Assembly (NCBI GenBank): GCA_041658585.1
Contig: JBAZZX010000008.1
Span: 15,365 to 79,364 of the forward strand
Direction: 5' to 3'
DNA length: 64,000 nt
DNA from: Thermodesulfovibrionales bacterium
GTDB lineage: Bacteria; Nitrospirota; Thermodesulfovibrionia; Thermodesulfovibrionales; SM23-35
Position 1 is the stretch's first letter, and each line of letters opens with the position of its first letter. This document shows positions 18,950 to 27,878 of the stretch, in pieces. Below the pieces are notes generated by a model. It did not search any database. It saw only the letters and a program-made list of their open reading frames with translations, and was not told the DNA's origin. A program made the position numbers and the translations under genes.

Positions 18950-19972
18950 ATGACGATTTTTGAACGTCTTTATCTTGCCGGCTATTCAATAAAAAAGCGA
19001 TATAAACTCAATAACCGAAAAAAACTGCCGTGCAAGGTTATCAGCATCGGCAACATAACACTGGGAGGCACCGGCAAGACCCCTACTGTAATAGCCCTGG
19101 CCCAAAAAGCTTATGGTAATGGATTTCGGCCCTGTATCCTGACGAGGGGATACAGGGGTACTGCAAAAGGTCCCTGTTTTGTCGGCATTGGAGACGGCCC
19201 TTTATTAGATGAAAACCGGGCCGGCGACGAAGCCTACCTAATGGCATTGAAGCTGAAGGGAATACCCGTAATAAAAGGAAAAGACCGGTATGAAGCGGGT
19301 ATTTTTGCCCTTAATAATTTGCCTGCGGATTCCCGTCCCGATCTATTCATCCTCGATGACGGTTTTCAGCACTGGGGGCTTTGCAGGGACAATGATATCC
19401 TTTTGATAGATGGCACAAATCCCTTTGGCAACGGGAAACTGTTTCCCGTCGGCTCATTGAGAGAGCCGGTAAGCGAGATAAGCAGGGCTGATATGATTGT
19501 AATCACAAAAACGGAAGGAAGCCGGAATTTAAAAACAGACGGCGTCTTGGAAGAAATAAGGAAATACAACAAAAAAGCGCCGGTTTTTTTTGCGGTGCAC
19601 AAGCCGTCGCGATTCATAGCCGTAAACGGGGAATCCTTTCCTCTTGAATGGGCAAAGGGCAAAGTCTTTTTTGGTTTTTGCGGCATAGGTAAGCCCCGGT
19701 CTTTTCAACAGACACTGGCGTCTGCCGGTGCGGAATTAACCGGATTGAGGACCTTCAGGGACCATTATCGCTACAGTCAAAAGGACATAAAAACGATAGT
19801 TGACGAGGCCGGAGAACGCAATGCCGGATGGATTGTTACGACTGAAAAAGATATAATGAGATTAAAAGGATTCGTTTTGCCGGAGAATCTGGCGTCTCTG
19901 GAGATAGAATTTGATGTAGAAGAAAAATTTTATCATAAAGTCTTTACGGAAATACAAAACAAAAAAGATTAA
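18950..19972 (+). CDS. lpxK: tetraacyldisaccharide 4'-kinase
   Basis: 340 aa with P-loop ISIGNITLGGTGKTP and ILTRGYRG, the LpxK signature. Confidence 0.9.
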   Translation: MTIFERLYLAGYSIKKRYKLNNRKKLPCKVISIGNITLGGTGKTPTVIALAQKAYGNGFRPCILTRGYRGTAKGPCFVGIGDGPLLDENRAGDEAYLMALKLKGIPVIKGKDRYEAGIFALNNLPADSRPDLFILDDGFQHWGLCRDNDILLIDGTNPFGNGKLFPVGSLREPVSEISRADMIVITKTEGSRNLKTDGVLEEIRKYNKKAPVFFAVHKPSRFIAVNGESFPLEWAKGKVFFGFCGIGKPRSFQQTLASAGAELTGLRTFRDHYRYSQKDIKTIVDEAGERNAGWIVTTEKDIMRLKGFVLPENLASLEIEFDVEEKFYHKVFTEIQNKKD

Positions 19973-20008
19973 GAATTTTTTATTTTTCATCGAATATCGG
20001 AGGGGTCT

Positions 20009-20401
20009 ATGGTCAGGTATATCAATGTGAGGAGCAAATCACGAAACGAGTTTATTGACATTACCGAGATGGTCCAGGAGGTGGTAAAAGAGGCCGGTAT
20101 AACAAAGGGGATATGTTATTTGTATGTGCCGCATACTACTGCCGGGATTACGATAAATGAAGGGGCCGACCCGAGCGTGCAGCGGGACATCGTCAATGCG
20201 CTGAGCAGGCTTGTCCCTCATGAAATGAACTATTCCCATCGCGAGGGCAATGCAGACGCCCATATAAAAACCACCCTTGTCGGCTCATCGTTGAATGTAA
20301 TCGTCGAAGAGGGCAAATTGCTCCTCGGTACCTGGCAGTCGATCTTTTTCTGTGAATTTGACGGCCCAAGGCACAGGAGGATAGCGATTAAATTCATATA
20401 G
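20009..20401 (+). CDS. yjbQ: YjbQ/UPF0047 family protein (secondary thiamine-phosphate synthase-like)
   Basis: 130 aa with …ITEMVQEVV…GICYLYVPHTTAGITINEGADPSV…NADAHIK… typical of UPF0047. Confidence 0.8.
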   Translation: MVRYINVRSKSRNEFIDITEMVQEVVKEAGITKGICYLYVPHTTAGITINEGADPSVQRDIVNALSRLVPHEMNYSHREGNADAHIKTTLVGSSLNVIVEEGKLLLGTWQSIFFCEFDGPRHRRIAIKFI

Positions 20402-20457
20402 CTATAAGTTCTCCATCAGTTACATAAAACAACATCGCAAGAAGTCCTTTTCATGGC

Positions 20458-20542
20458 TGTCATTCCCGAAGTCTTTAATCGGGAATCCATTCTTTTCAAG
20501 AAGTTGCGCGCACCTGGATTCCCGCCTTCGCGGGAATGACAA
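20458..20542. repeat. REP-like double hairpin
   Basis: ATTCCCGA-N9-TCGGGAAT (20462-20486) and ATTCCCGC-CTTC-GCGGGAAT (20518-20537) are framed by GTCATTCCC…GGGAATGAC. ORF 20420-20614 is merely their translation (…SFPRRRESR…). Confidence 0.5.
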
Positions 20543-20596
20543 CTCAAAACACTCGAAACATATGTAAAGAAGCGTTGGACGCACTACAATAGATAT

Positions 20597-21433
20597 ATGA
20601 AGCCTGATAAACATACCAATGAATATAAATCCCTCCGGGATGAAATCAAAAGGCTCAGGAAATCGCTTTCGGAACTCACCCCTCCGTTAGAAATATTGCT
20701 GAAACGCAGAGGGTTTAAAATATATAAAAAAGAACCATCCGACGATCTGCTGCTGCCGGGAAGCGAATATATCGCAAGCTATTACGAAATGATGAAGAAA
20801 TATTCCTTCCGGCTTTTTCTCCGCGAGGTTATCAAGCACCAGACGTTTTTCAGGCTCGAAAACGTTACGCGCTATGCGACGTCGGAGGTGACGGCGGCTT
20901 ATGTTGAATATGCAAAGAGCATAGGCATTATTGGGGATGTGCCTGGAGGTTTCAGGCTTGTTCCCGGTCCGATCAAGAGTTTCGGGGAAACCCTTGAGTG
21001 GTTTACGGCGGAAATATTCAAACAGGAACTTGCAACTGAAGCCGTGTGGGGGATACGTTCTAAGCGTCCCGGGGTCGGAGGTGACTATGATCTTATAGCA
21101 AAAGTGGAAGGCTCTATCCTATACATGGAAATAAAATCCTCTCCACCCAAGCAGATATATCAGAAGGAGATTTCAACTTTTCTTGACCGCGTTATAGATC
21201 TTCACCCGGAAATAAGCATATTTTTTGTGGACACGGAACTTAGAATGAAGGACAAAATCGTGCTTATGTTCGGGGAAGAACTTAAAAACAGACATACGGA
21301 CCCTCCTGAAATCATGAGGATGGAAAAAGAACTCTTTCAGATATGGGACAAGATATTTATAATAAATGCTAAGGACAGTATTTCAGCAAATATAGAAAAG
21401 GTATTATGCCGGTATTTCAGGAGGGACAAATGA
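20597..21433 (+). CDS. hypothetical protein with a PD-(D/E)xK nuclease-like motif
   Basis: 278 aa. …PGVGGDYDLIAKVEGSILYMEIKSSPP… fits the D-x(n)-E-x-K pattern. The preceding region is helical and could be a winged helix. Its stop overlaps the next start (ATGA). Confidence 0.65.
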   Translation: MKPDKHTNEYKSLRDEIKRLRKSLSELTPPLEILLKRRGFKIYKKEPSDDLLLPGSEYIASYYEMMKKYSFRLFLREVIKHQTFFRLENVTRYATSEVTAAYVEYAKSIGIIGDVPGGFRLVPGPIKSFGETLEWFTAEIFKQELATEAVWGIRSKRPGVGGDYDLIAKVEGSILYMEIKSSPPKQIYQKEISTFLDRVIDLHPEISIFFVDTELRMKDKIVLMFGEELKNRHTDPPEIMRMEKELFQIWDKIFIINAKDSISANIEKVLCRYFRRDK

Positions 21434-21588
21434 GTACAACATTTATATGTGCAATATGCGCGTGGAGAGCAACCTGTCAGAAGAAATTTTCCGTTTCAGG
21501 CAAGGATGTACGCTGTGCCGAATTTGTAAAAGACGTCATGATAAAAGAAGAGCCGGCGGAAGAGAAAGAGGGGAAAAAGAAGGAATAA
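21430..21588 (+). CDS. Cys4 mini-protein (52 aa) with an acidic/lysine tail
   Basis: MSTTFICAICAWRATCQKKFSVSGKDVRCAEF… I chose the ATG at 21430, which overlaps the upstream stop, rather than the track start at 21406. Confidence 0.5.
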   Translation: MSTTFICAICAWRATCQKKFSVSGKDVRCAEFVKDVMIKEEPAEEKEGKKKE

Positions 21589-21668
21589 AAGCGGACTAAA
21601 ATTCAAAGGAGTTCCCTGCTTGTAGACATATGTTTCTTTTAGCACAACGCCTGTGATATATTTCTTGC

Positions 21669-23504
21669 ATGATCAGTGATCTTAGATTGCATGGAAGCCT
21701 GGGTCCGATAGAGTTCTTTGCCCTAGTGGGGGGCACAGGCGCTTATAATACCTATTTCTATGAAGAAGGTCCCTGGGGGATCAGATTTTTTTCAAGGGGC
21801 AACGAGTTTACCATAACCGAGCAGGGTATCCATTATAAAGGCACGGGCGGAAGTTTCTGCGAATACATGTTCGGGGTGGAAAAGCCCTTCAAGGATTTAA
21901 TCAAAAAGTCGGTCGCCAACAGGCTTATTATGTTCGGCGCCTTCCTCGACGAAAAGGAAAAGGTAATCTTTACGAATAATACCGAGGGCAGAGAGTCTTT
22001 TTATCGTCTCTTCCTTCAGGGACATGCGGTAGAGAATTATTATTTTTTCATTTCTTCGGATTTTCAGGGAGACTGCACCAAGAGGCAAAAGCATATTTTA
22101 AAAGGGGTCGGCAAGTTCCTTAAGCGGACACATCTTCTCGCGGAAGACCAGGATACGGAACTCCTTGACGGGTTTTTTGCAGAATTAAAAGAAAAAAATT
22201 CCACTGTTTTTGTCTTTAAACTTGTGCATACCGGCAATAAAAAATTTTATAAAGGGCTGAAAGAGTTTTATTCCAAAGACCGTTTGCTGAGCATGAATGA
22301 AGAGCTCTATCTCGAGGATATCGTTGCCAGATATGATATAGACCGCTACCAGCTTGAGAGGATGAGGATAGATATCATGTCCCGGCATATCGACAACAAA
22401 AGCGTTGTCGATGAATACCGGGACATCCTTCTTGGAGGGATACTTAAAGATACGATGCAGCACTCGGAGTATGCCCGCCTCAACCGGCTGCGGACCCTCG
22501 GGATAAGAAATAACATACCCGACGTACTTTTCGAGACGCTCGATGAGCTGCTCCTGAAAGGCAGAAAGATACAGGAGATCGAAGAGCCGGAGCATCTCAG
22601 AGAGACAAGGGTGATTCTCCAGAGCCTGTTTTTCAAGGACCCGTCCCTGAAGAGGCATATTATCAATAACGAAGATATTATAAGGCTGGTAAAGGCAAAA
22701 AATGCCGCAGAGTTAAAGGGAGATAAAGGTTTTGAACAGATACTTCTTGATACGGTCCGGACCTGCGATGAGATTGTCCGTGAAACGAATGATTTCAGTT
22801 ACTTCGAGGAATTTACGTCGATAGCAACGTATTTTGACAGATATGACAATGTCGCAGCTTTGTTAAGTAAAACGGCATTCCTTGAGAATGTCGAGTTTAC
22901 CGAGGATTCTCTGCGAAGCCTTATCGGGAATAAAAAGGAGTTTGACGAACTGGACGCAGGGCTTTTTGATGATATTTTCATCAAGACACTCCTGAACAAC
23001 AAATATATCAGCGCTTATGGCAGAAAAAAGATTCAGGCCATATCCAGGGGGATTAAAAAGATTTCCGTAGGAGATGCGTCATTGCGGGAGGTTATTAAAG
23101 AGTTAAGGATAATAACCGAAGAAGAAAAGCTTTACCGCAAGGTGCATACGGCCCTGAAAGAGCGTATGCGCAGCTTCTTCCCCGGCCTTGATACAAAAAG
23201 AGGGCGTGACAAGATACGGGAGGATATTGCGCGCGAGATTTCCGAAAAAGGGTTTGCCGGCGAGGTGACAAAGAGATTATTTGAAAAGGTTTTTCTTGAT
23301 CTCAGAAAAGAGTCTTTCTATCTGAACCACCTTTTGCCGCTAATCATACAGAATAAAGATGTTTTATTAAGGGAAGATTTCCTGAATAACAGCGGCCTTG
23401 ACAGGTTTTATATCGAAACTCTGGAAAAGGAATATTTTGAGCAAAGAAAGCTGGATCCGTCTTTGCTTGAACATCTGCTTGTTGGAGGCGGCGAGCGGAT
23501 TTGA
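21669..23504 (+). CDS. large hypothetical protein (611 aa), mostly helical, no NTPase motif seen
   Basis: Long uninterrupted ORF with no Walker A and no recognised catalytic motif. Its last 22 nt overlap tRNA-Cys on the opposite strand. Confidence 0.65.
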   Translation: MISDLRLHGSLGPIEFFALVGGTGAYNTYFYEEGPWGIRFFSRGNEFTITEQGIHYKGTGGSFCEYMFGVEKPFKDLIKKSVANRLIMFGAFLDEKEKVIFTNNTEGRESFYRLFLQGHAVENYYFFISSDFQGDCTKRQKHILKGVGKFLKRTHLLAEDQDTELLDGFFAELKEKNSTVFVFKLVHTGNKKFYKGLKEFYSKDRLLSMNEELYLEDIVARYDIDRYQLERMRIDIMSRHIDNKSVVDEYRDILLGGILKDTMQHSEYARLNRLRTLGIRNNIPDVLFETLDELLLKGRKIQEIEEPEHLRETRVILQSLFFKDPSLKRHIINNEDIIRLVKAKNAAELKGDKGFEQILLDTVRTCDEIVRETNDFSYFEEFTSIATYFDRYDNVAALLSKTAFLENVEFTEDSLRSLIGNKKEFDELDAGLFDDIFIKTLLNNKYISAYGRKKIQAISRGIKKISVGDASLREVIKELRIITEEEKLYRKVHTALKERMRSFFPGLDTKRGRDKIREDIAREISEKGFAGEVTKRLFEKVFLDLRKESFYLNHLLPLIIQNKDVLLREDFLNNSGLDRFYIETLEKEYFEQRKLDPSLLEHLLVGGGERI

Positions 23505-23557
23505 ACCGCTGCATAAAGGTTTTGCAGACCTCTCCCTTGCCACTTGGGTACGCCGCC
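23483..23557 (-). tRNA. tRNA-Cys (GCA)
   Basis: The reverse complement folds as a cloverleaf: acceptor GGCGGCG/CGCCGCC, anticodon stem GAGGT/ACCTT with loop CTGCAAA, T-arm AGCGG-TTCAAAT-CCGCT, encoded CCA. Confidence 0.88.
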
Positions 23558-23639
23558 TTATCAGTTCCGGTCAATTAGTCTTGCGCTTGGGGAAAAGAGA
23601 CCTTTAACCGTCAATTCTTAACTTTTAGCTTTTTAAAAA

Positions 23640-23715
23640 TGGAGCGGGAAACGGGACTCGAACCCGCGACCCCAACCTTGGCAAGGTTGTGCTCTACCAA
23701 CTGAGCTATTCCCGC
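23640..23715 (-). tRNA. tRNA-Gly (GCC)
   Basis: The reverse complement reads GCGGGAATAGCTCAGTTGGTAGAGCACAACCTTGCCAAGGTTGGGGTCGCGGGTTCGAGTCCCGTTTCCCGCTCCA. It is a canonical cloverleaf with anticodon loop TTGCCAA. Confidence 0.95.
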
Positions 23716-23853
23716 ATTCTCGATTCAGATATGAAAAACCAAGAGATTCTCCGGGGAATCTCTCAATGTAAAGCCCTTAACTTATATGCAAGCAATAAGC
23801 TATAATGAACGTTACTATAAAAATAGTAAACGGAAAGGGCACTTTTTGTCAAC

Positions 23854-25353
23854 ATGTTATATCCTGATTTAGAAACTTTTAAAGCTCTTTCGTCTCAGGG
23901 CAACCTCATCCCGGTCTACAGAGAGATACTTGCCGATACGGAAACTCCGGTGTCGGCAACCCTGAAACTTGGGGGTTCACCGGCTTTCCTGCTTGAAAGT
24001 ATGGTAGGCGGGGAGAAATGGGCGCGGTATTCCTTCCTCGGCTCAAAGCCGTCAAGAATTATTAAAGCCCGGGGGAACAGGATCGAGATAAAGGACAAAC
24101 AAACAGGGACACGGCGTTTCAAGGCAGACAACCCCATGGATGTTGTTAAAAAAGAACTTGCTGCATATAAACCGGTAAATGTGAGGGGGCTGCCGAGATT
24201 CTTCGGCGGGTTGGTCGGATATATAGGCTACGATATGGTCAGATTCTTTGAAGAGCTCCCTGACAATAAAAAACAGGGCCTGAAAATGCCCGACCTTTTT
24301 CTCATGGTCACGGATACGGTTATTATCTTTGACAACCTGAAAGGCAAGATAAAAGTCGTCTCCAATGCCCATATCAACGGCAAGTCTCCCGAGGAGGCAT
24401 ACCGGGAAGCAGAGGAGAAAATAGATAGTATTATCGAGAAGCTGCGGAGGTCAAAAGGCAGGACCAGAAAGGCAAATCCCCTTCTGCCTTCTCTTACCGA
24501 AGAGAGGCGGGAAGGCGGGTATTCATCCTCATTTACGTCAAGAGAGGCTTTTGAAGACGCGGTAACAAAAAGCAAGGAATACATTCTATCGGGAGATGTG
24601 GTCCAGGTTGTCCTTTCTCAGAGGTTCGACCGTGAATTTGCCCTTGATCCTTTCAATGTATACAGGGCTCTGCGTATTATCAACCCCTCTCCTTACATGT
24701 ATTATATCGACACGGGGGACGCAAAACTCGTCGGTTCATCCCCTGAAATTCTGGTAAGGCTTGAAGGTAAAAAGATCATCCTGAGACCTATTGCCGGGAC
24801 GCGGAGAAGGGGTGAAACGGAAGAGGAAGACAAGCTCCTTGAAGAGGAACTCAAGAAAGACCCCAAGGAAATGGCGGAACATATTATGCTTGTTGACCTC
24901 GGCAGAAACGATGTAGGAAGGGTTGCAGAGATCGGTTCCGTTAAGGTTACGGAGCTGATGTCCGTGGAACAGTACAGCCATGTTATGCATCTTGTGTCAA
25001 ACGTAGAAGGCGCTCTCAGAGACGGTCTTGACGCCTTCGATGTGCTTGAAGCCTGTTTCCCGGCAGGCACCGTCACCGGGGCTCCCAAGGTCAGGGCTAT
25101 GGAGATCATTGAAGAGCTTGAGCCTACAAAAAGAGGGCCCTATGCCGGCGCAGTAGGCTATATCAGTTATTCAGGCAATATGGATACCTGCATAACGATC
25201 AGGACCCTTATAATAAAGGGGAATAAGGTCTATGTGCAGGCAGGCGCAGGGATTGTCGCCGACTCGGTTCCGGAAAAAGAATATGAAGAGACGGTCAACA
25301 AGGCTATGGGCATGATGAAGGCCGTTGATATGGCGGAAACGCAATTACAATAA
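23854..25353 (+). CDS. trpE: anthranilate synthase component I
   Basis: 499 aa with …[12 protein letters not shown]…, …PSPYMYY…, …[19 protein letters not shown]… motifs, followed by trpG and trpD. Confidence 0.95.
   Translation: MLYPDLETFKALSSQGNLIPVYREILADTETPVSATLKLGGSPAFLLESMVGGEKWARYSFLGSKPSRIIKARGNRIEIKDKQTGTRRFKADNPMDVVKKELAAYKPVNVRGLPRFFGGLVGYIGYDMVRFFEELPDNKKQGLKMPDLFLMVTDTVIIFDNLKGKIKVVSNAHINGKSPEEAYREAEEKIDSIIEKLRRSKGRTRKANPLLPSLTEERREGGYSSSFTSREAFEDAVTKSKEYILSGDVVQVVLSQRFDREFALDPFNVYRALRIINPSPYMYYIDTGDAKLVGSSPEILVRLEGKKIILRPIAGTRRRGETEEEDKLLEEELKKDPKEMAEHIMLVDLGRNDVGRVAEIGSVKVTELMSVEQYSHVMHLVSNVEGALRDGLDAFDVLEACFPAGTVTGAPKVRAMEIIEELEPTKRGPYAGAVGYISYSGNMDTCITIRTLIIKGNKVYVQAGAGIVADSVPEKEYEETVNKAMGMMKAVDMAETQLQ
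24454..24530 (+). repeat. heptamer-phased low-complexity segment inside trpE
   Basis: AAAGGCA at 24454 and again at 24468. CTTCTGC/CTTCTCT at 24481-24494. GAGGCGG/GAAGGCG at 24504-24517, followed by ATTCATCCTCAT. It encodes …[27 protein letters not shown]…, a linker that looks longer than usual. Confidence 0.5.
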
Positions 25354-25363
25354 TGGTAAGTTT

Positions 25364-25927
25364 ATGTTATTAATGATCGATAATTATGATTCTTTTACCT
25401 ATAACCTCGTCCAGTACCTTGGAGAGCTTGGCGCGGATATCAGGGTATTCAGGAACAATAAGATTACGGTTCAGGAGATAGAAAAATTAAATCCCGAGCG
25501 TATTGTGATCTCGCCGGGCCCATGTACGCCGAAAGAAGCCGGCGTTTCCATAGAGGTGATCAAACATTTTGCGGGGAAGATGCCGGTCCTCGGTGTGTGT
25601 CTTGGTCATCAATCCATAGGCGCCGCCTTTGGCGGTAATATAATACGGGCGCCGAGGCTTATGCACGGCAAGACGTCTCTTATATACCATAACGGAGAAA
25701 CCGTCTATAAAGGACTTCCCAATCCCTTTGAGGCAACGAGATATCATTCGCTGTTGATAGAAAGAGAAACCCTTCCCGACTGTCTTTATATTACCGCATG
25801 GACGGACGCAGGAGAAATTATGGGGGTAAGGCATAAAGAATATATTATCGAAGGCGTTCAATTTCATCCCGAGTCGATACTTACTGCCGTCGGCAAAGAC
25901 CTGTTGAAAAATTTCCTGAAGTTATGA
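25364..25927 (+). CDS. trpG: anthranilate synthase component II (glutamine amidotransferase)
   Basis: [19 protein letters not shown]…, catalytic GVCLGHQ and …FHPES…. I used the ATG at 25364, after the trpE stop, instead of the track start at 25325. Confidence 0.93.
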   Translation: MLLMIDNYDSFTYNLVQYLGELGADIRVFRNNKITVQEIEKLNPERIVISPGPCTPKEAGVSIEVIKHFAGKMPVLGVCLGHQSIGAAFGGNIIRAPRLMHGKTSLIYHNGETVYKGLPNPFEATRYHSLLIERETLPDCLYITAWTDAGEIMGVRHKEYIIEGVQFHPESILTAVGKDLLKNFLKL

Positions 25928-26934
25928 TTAAAGAAGCGATAAACCTGCTGGTCAATAATATAAGCCTTACAGAGCCTGAGATGGCGTTATGTATGAGCGA
26001 CATCATGGAGGGCAAAGCCACGGATTCCCAGATCGGGGCGGTCTTAACGGCATTGAGGATTAAAGGCGAGACCGTTGAGGAAATAACAGGCGCGGCAAGG
26101 ATGATGAGAAAAATGGCGACGACCATCAAGGCGCCTGAGGGAGTGCTTGACACCTGCGGCACCGGAGGAGACATGTCGCACACCTTCAATATCTCGACAA
26201 CAACCGCCTTTGTGGTTGCAGGAGCAGGTACGCCGGTTGCAAAGCACGGCAACCGTTCCGTATCAAGCCAATCCGGCAGCGCCGATGTGCTCGAGGCTCT
26301 CGGTGTAAAAATAGACCTGCAGCCTGACAGGGTCGAGAAATGTCTTTTCGAGACGGGCTTCGGCTTCCTCTTTGCGCCCTTGTTTCATCCGGCAATGAAA
26401 TATGCAATAGGTCCGCGCAGGGACATGGGGATCAGGACGATATTCAATATCCTTGGACCGATAACAAACCCTGCCGGCGCTAAGAGACAGATACTCGGCG
26501 TATTTGCAGGAAAGCTCACCGATACCCTTGCACAGGTATTGGGAAACCTTGGGGCTGTTGACGCCATAGTCGTCCATGGAGAAGACGGGCTTGACGAGGT
26601 CAGTTTGTCGGGCAAGACAAAGGTGGCAAGATTCAGAGATGGAAAAGTGGAAAACTTTCACATACAGCCGGAAGATTTCGGAATATGGAGAAGTGATATC
26701 GACTCAATACGGGGTGGAAATAAGGAAGAAAACGCTGCAATAACGCTATCAGTTCTACGCGGGGAAAAAGGTCCGAAAAGAGATATCATCCTCATGAATT
26801 CAGCCGTTGCTCTGATAGCCGCAGGAAAATCAACGGACTTTAAGACGGCATTCAGTATGGCAGCCGCTTCGATAGACTCGGGCATGGCATTAAAGAAACT
26901 TGAAGAGGTCAAGAAGGTCAGCAATGCGTTGTAA
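25924..26934 (+). CDS. trpD: anthranilate phosphoribosyltransferase
   Basis: 336 aa with …DTCGTGGD…NISTT…KHGNRS…[11 protein letters not shown]… Start overlaps the trpG stop. Confidence 0.95.
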   Translation: MIKEAINLLVNNISLTEPEMALCMSDIMEGKATDSQIGAVLTALRIKGETVEEITGAARMMRKMATTIKAPEGVLDTCGTGGDMSHTFNISTTTAFVVAGAGTPVAKHGNRSVSSQSGSADVLEALGVKIDLQPDRVEKCLFETGFGFLFAPLFHPAMKYAIGPRRDMGIRTIFNILGPITNPAGAKRQILGVFAGKLTDTLAQVLGNLGAVDAIVVHGEDGLDEVSLSGKTKVARFRDGKVENFHIQPEDFGIWRSDIDSIRGGNKEENAAITLSVLRGEKGPKRDIILMNSAVALIAAGKSTDFKTAFSMAAASIDSGMALKKLEEVKKVSNAL

Positions 26935-26946
26935 AGAGGAGGTTTT

Positions 26947-27864
26947 TTGGCTGTTAAGGTAGGAGTTATCGGCGTCGGGTATCTCGGTCAGCATCATGCG
27001 CGTATTTATTCGGAGCTTGAAGAGACGGAGCTTGTTGCCGTCGTTGATATTGACAGGGAAAAGGCCGGCGCGCTGGCCGTGAAATATAACTGCGAAGCCT
27101 TCGATGATTACAGGGAAATCTTTCATAAAGTAGACGCCCTGAGCATTGTAACGCCGACAACATTTCATTATTCAATAGCTCTTGACTGCCTCCGGGAGGG
27201 CAAAGATATCCTCATAGAAAAGCCCGTTACCGTGACTATTGAAGAAGCCGATGATCTGATCAAAGAATCAAGGCATAGGAACCTTATAATTCAGGTCGGC
27301 CATCTTGAAAGATATAACCCTGCAATTCTTGCAGCTTCCGATTTTTTCAACACACCGGTATTTATGGAGTCCGAAAGGCTTTCACCCTTTCTCGGAAGGG
27401 CAACCGACGTTGATGTGACCCTTGATCTTATGATTCACGATATAGATATTATGCTGAGCCTCATTGCTAAACCGGTAAAGACTGTCAGGGCGGTCGGAGG
27501 CAAAGTCCTCACGGACAAGATTGATGTAGCCAAGGCATGGCTTGAGTTTGAGGGCGGCTGCGCAGCACTGGCCACCGTAAGCAGGATGTCTCCCGAGAAA
27601 CACCGGACGTTAAAGGTTTTTCAAAAGGATTCTTTCATATCCATTGATTATCAGAATTCAGAGATAAAGCGTTTTTTCAGGACAGGCGGAGATATATCCT
27701 CGGAAGTAATAAAACCTGAAAAAAAGGAGCCCTTAAAAGAAGAATTGAAAGACTTCATCCGATGTGTCAGAGAGAGGACAAGGCCAAAGGTATCGGGGAT
27801 TGAAGGAAGAGACGCACTCAAGGTTGTTCTTGAAATAAATGAGATGATAAAAAACAATAATTGA
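26947..27864 (+). CDS. Gfo/Idh/MocA-family NAD-dependent sugar oxidoreductase (GnnA-like candidate)
   Basis: Rossmann N-terminus VGVIGVGYLGQHH and an …EKP… motif. It overlaps the downstream aminotransferase gene and sits in a lipid A gene context. Confidence 0.8.
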   Translation: MAVKVGVIGVGYLGQHHARIYSELEETELVAVVDIDREKAGALAVKYNCEAFDDYREIFHKVDALSIVTPTTFHYSIALDCLREGKDILIEKPVTVTIEEADDLIKESRHRNLIIQVGHLERYNPAILAASDFFNTPVFMESERLSPFLGRATDVDVTLDLMIHDIDIMLSLIAKPVKTVRAVGGKVLTDKIDVAKAWLEFEGGCAALATVSRMSPEKHRTLKVFQKDSFISIDYQNSEIKRFFRTGGDISSEVIKPEKKEPLKEELKDFIRCVRERTRPKVSGIEGRDALKVVLEINEMIKNNN

Positions 27865-27878
27865 GGAGAAGTCAAAGC

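Noticed and set aside
20420-20614. Minus-strand 64-aa ORF
   Set aside because: It is the translation of the REP-like double hairpin (…SFPRRRESR…) and overlaps the start of the next gene.
23741-23762. Hairpin AGAGATTC-TCCGGG-GAATCTCT upstream of trpE considered as a trp leader or attenuator
   Set aside because: There is no leader peptide with Trp codons and no T-run. It lies between the divergent tRNA-Gly and trpE promoters, so its function is undetermined.
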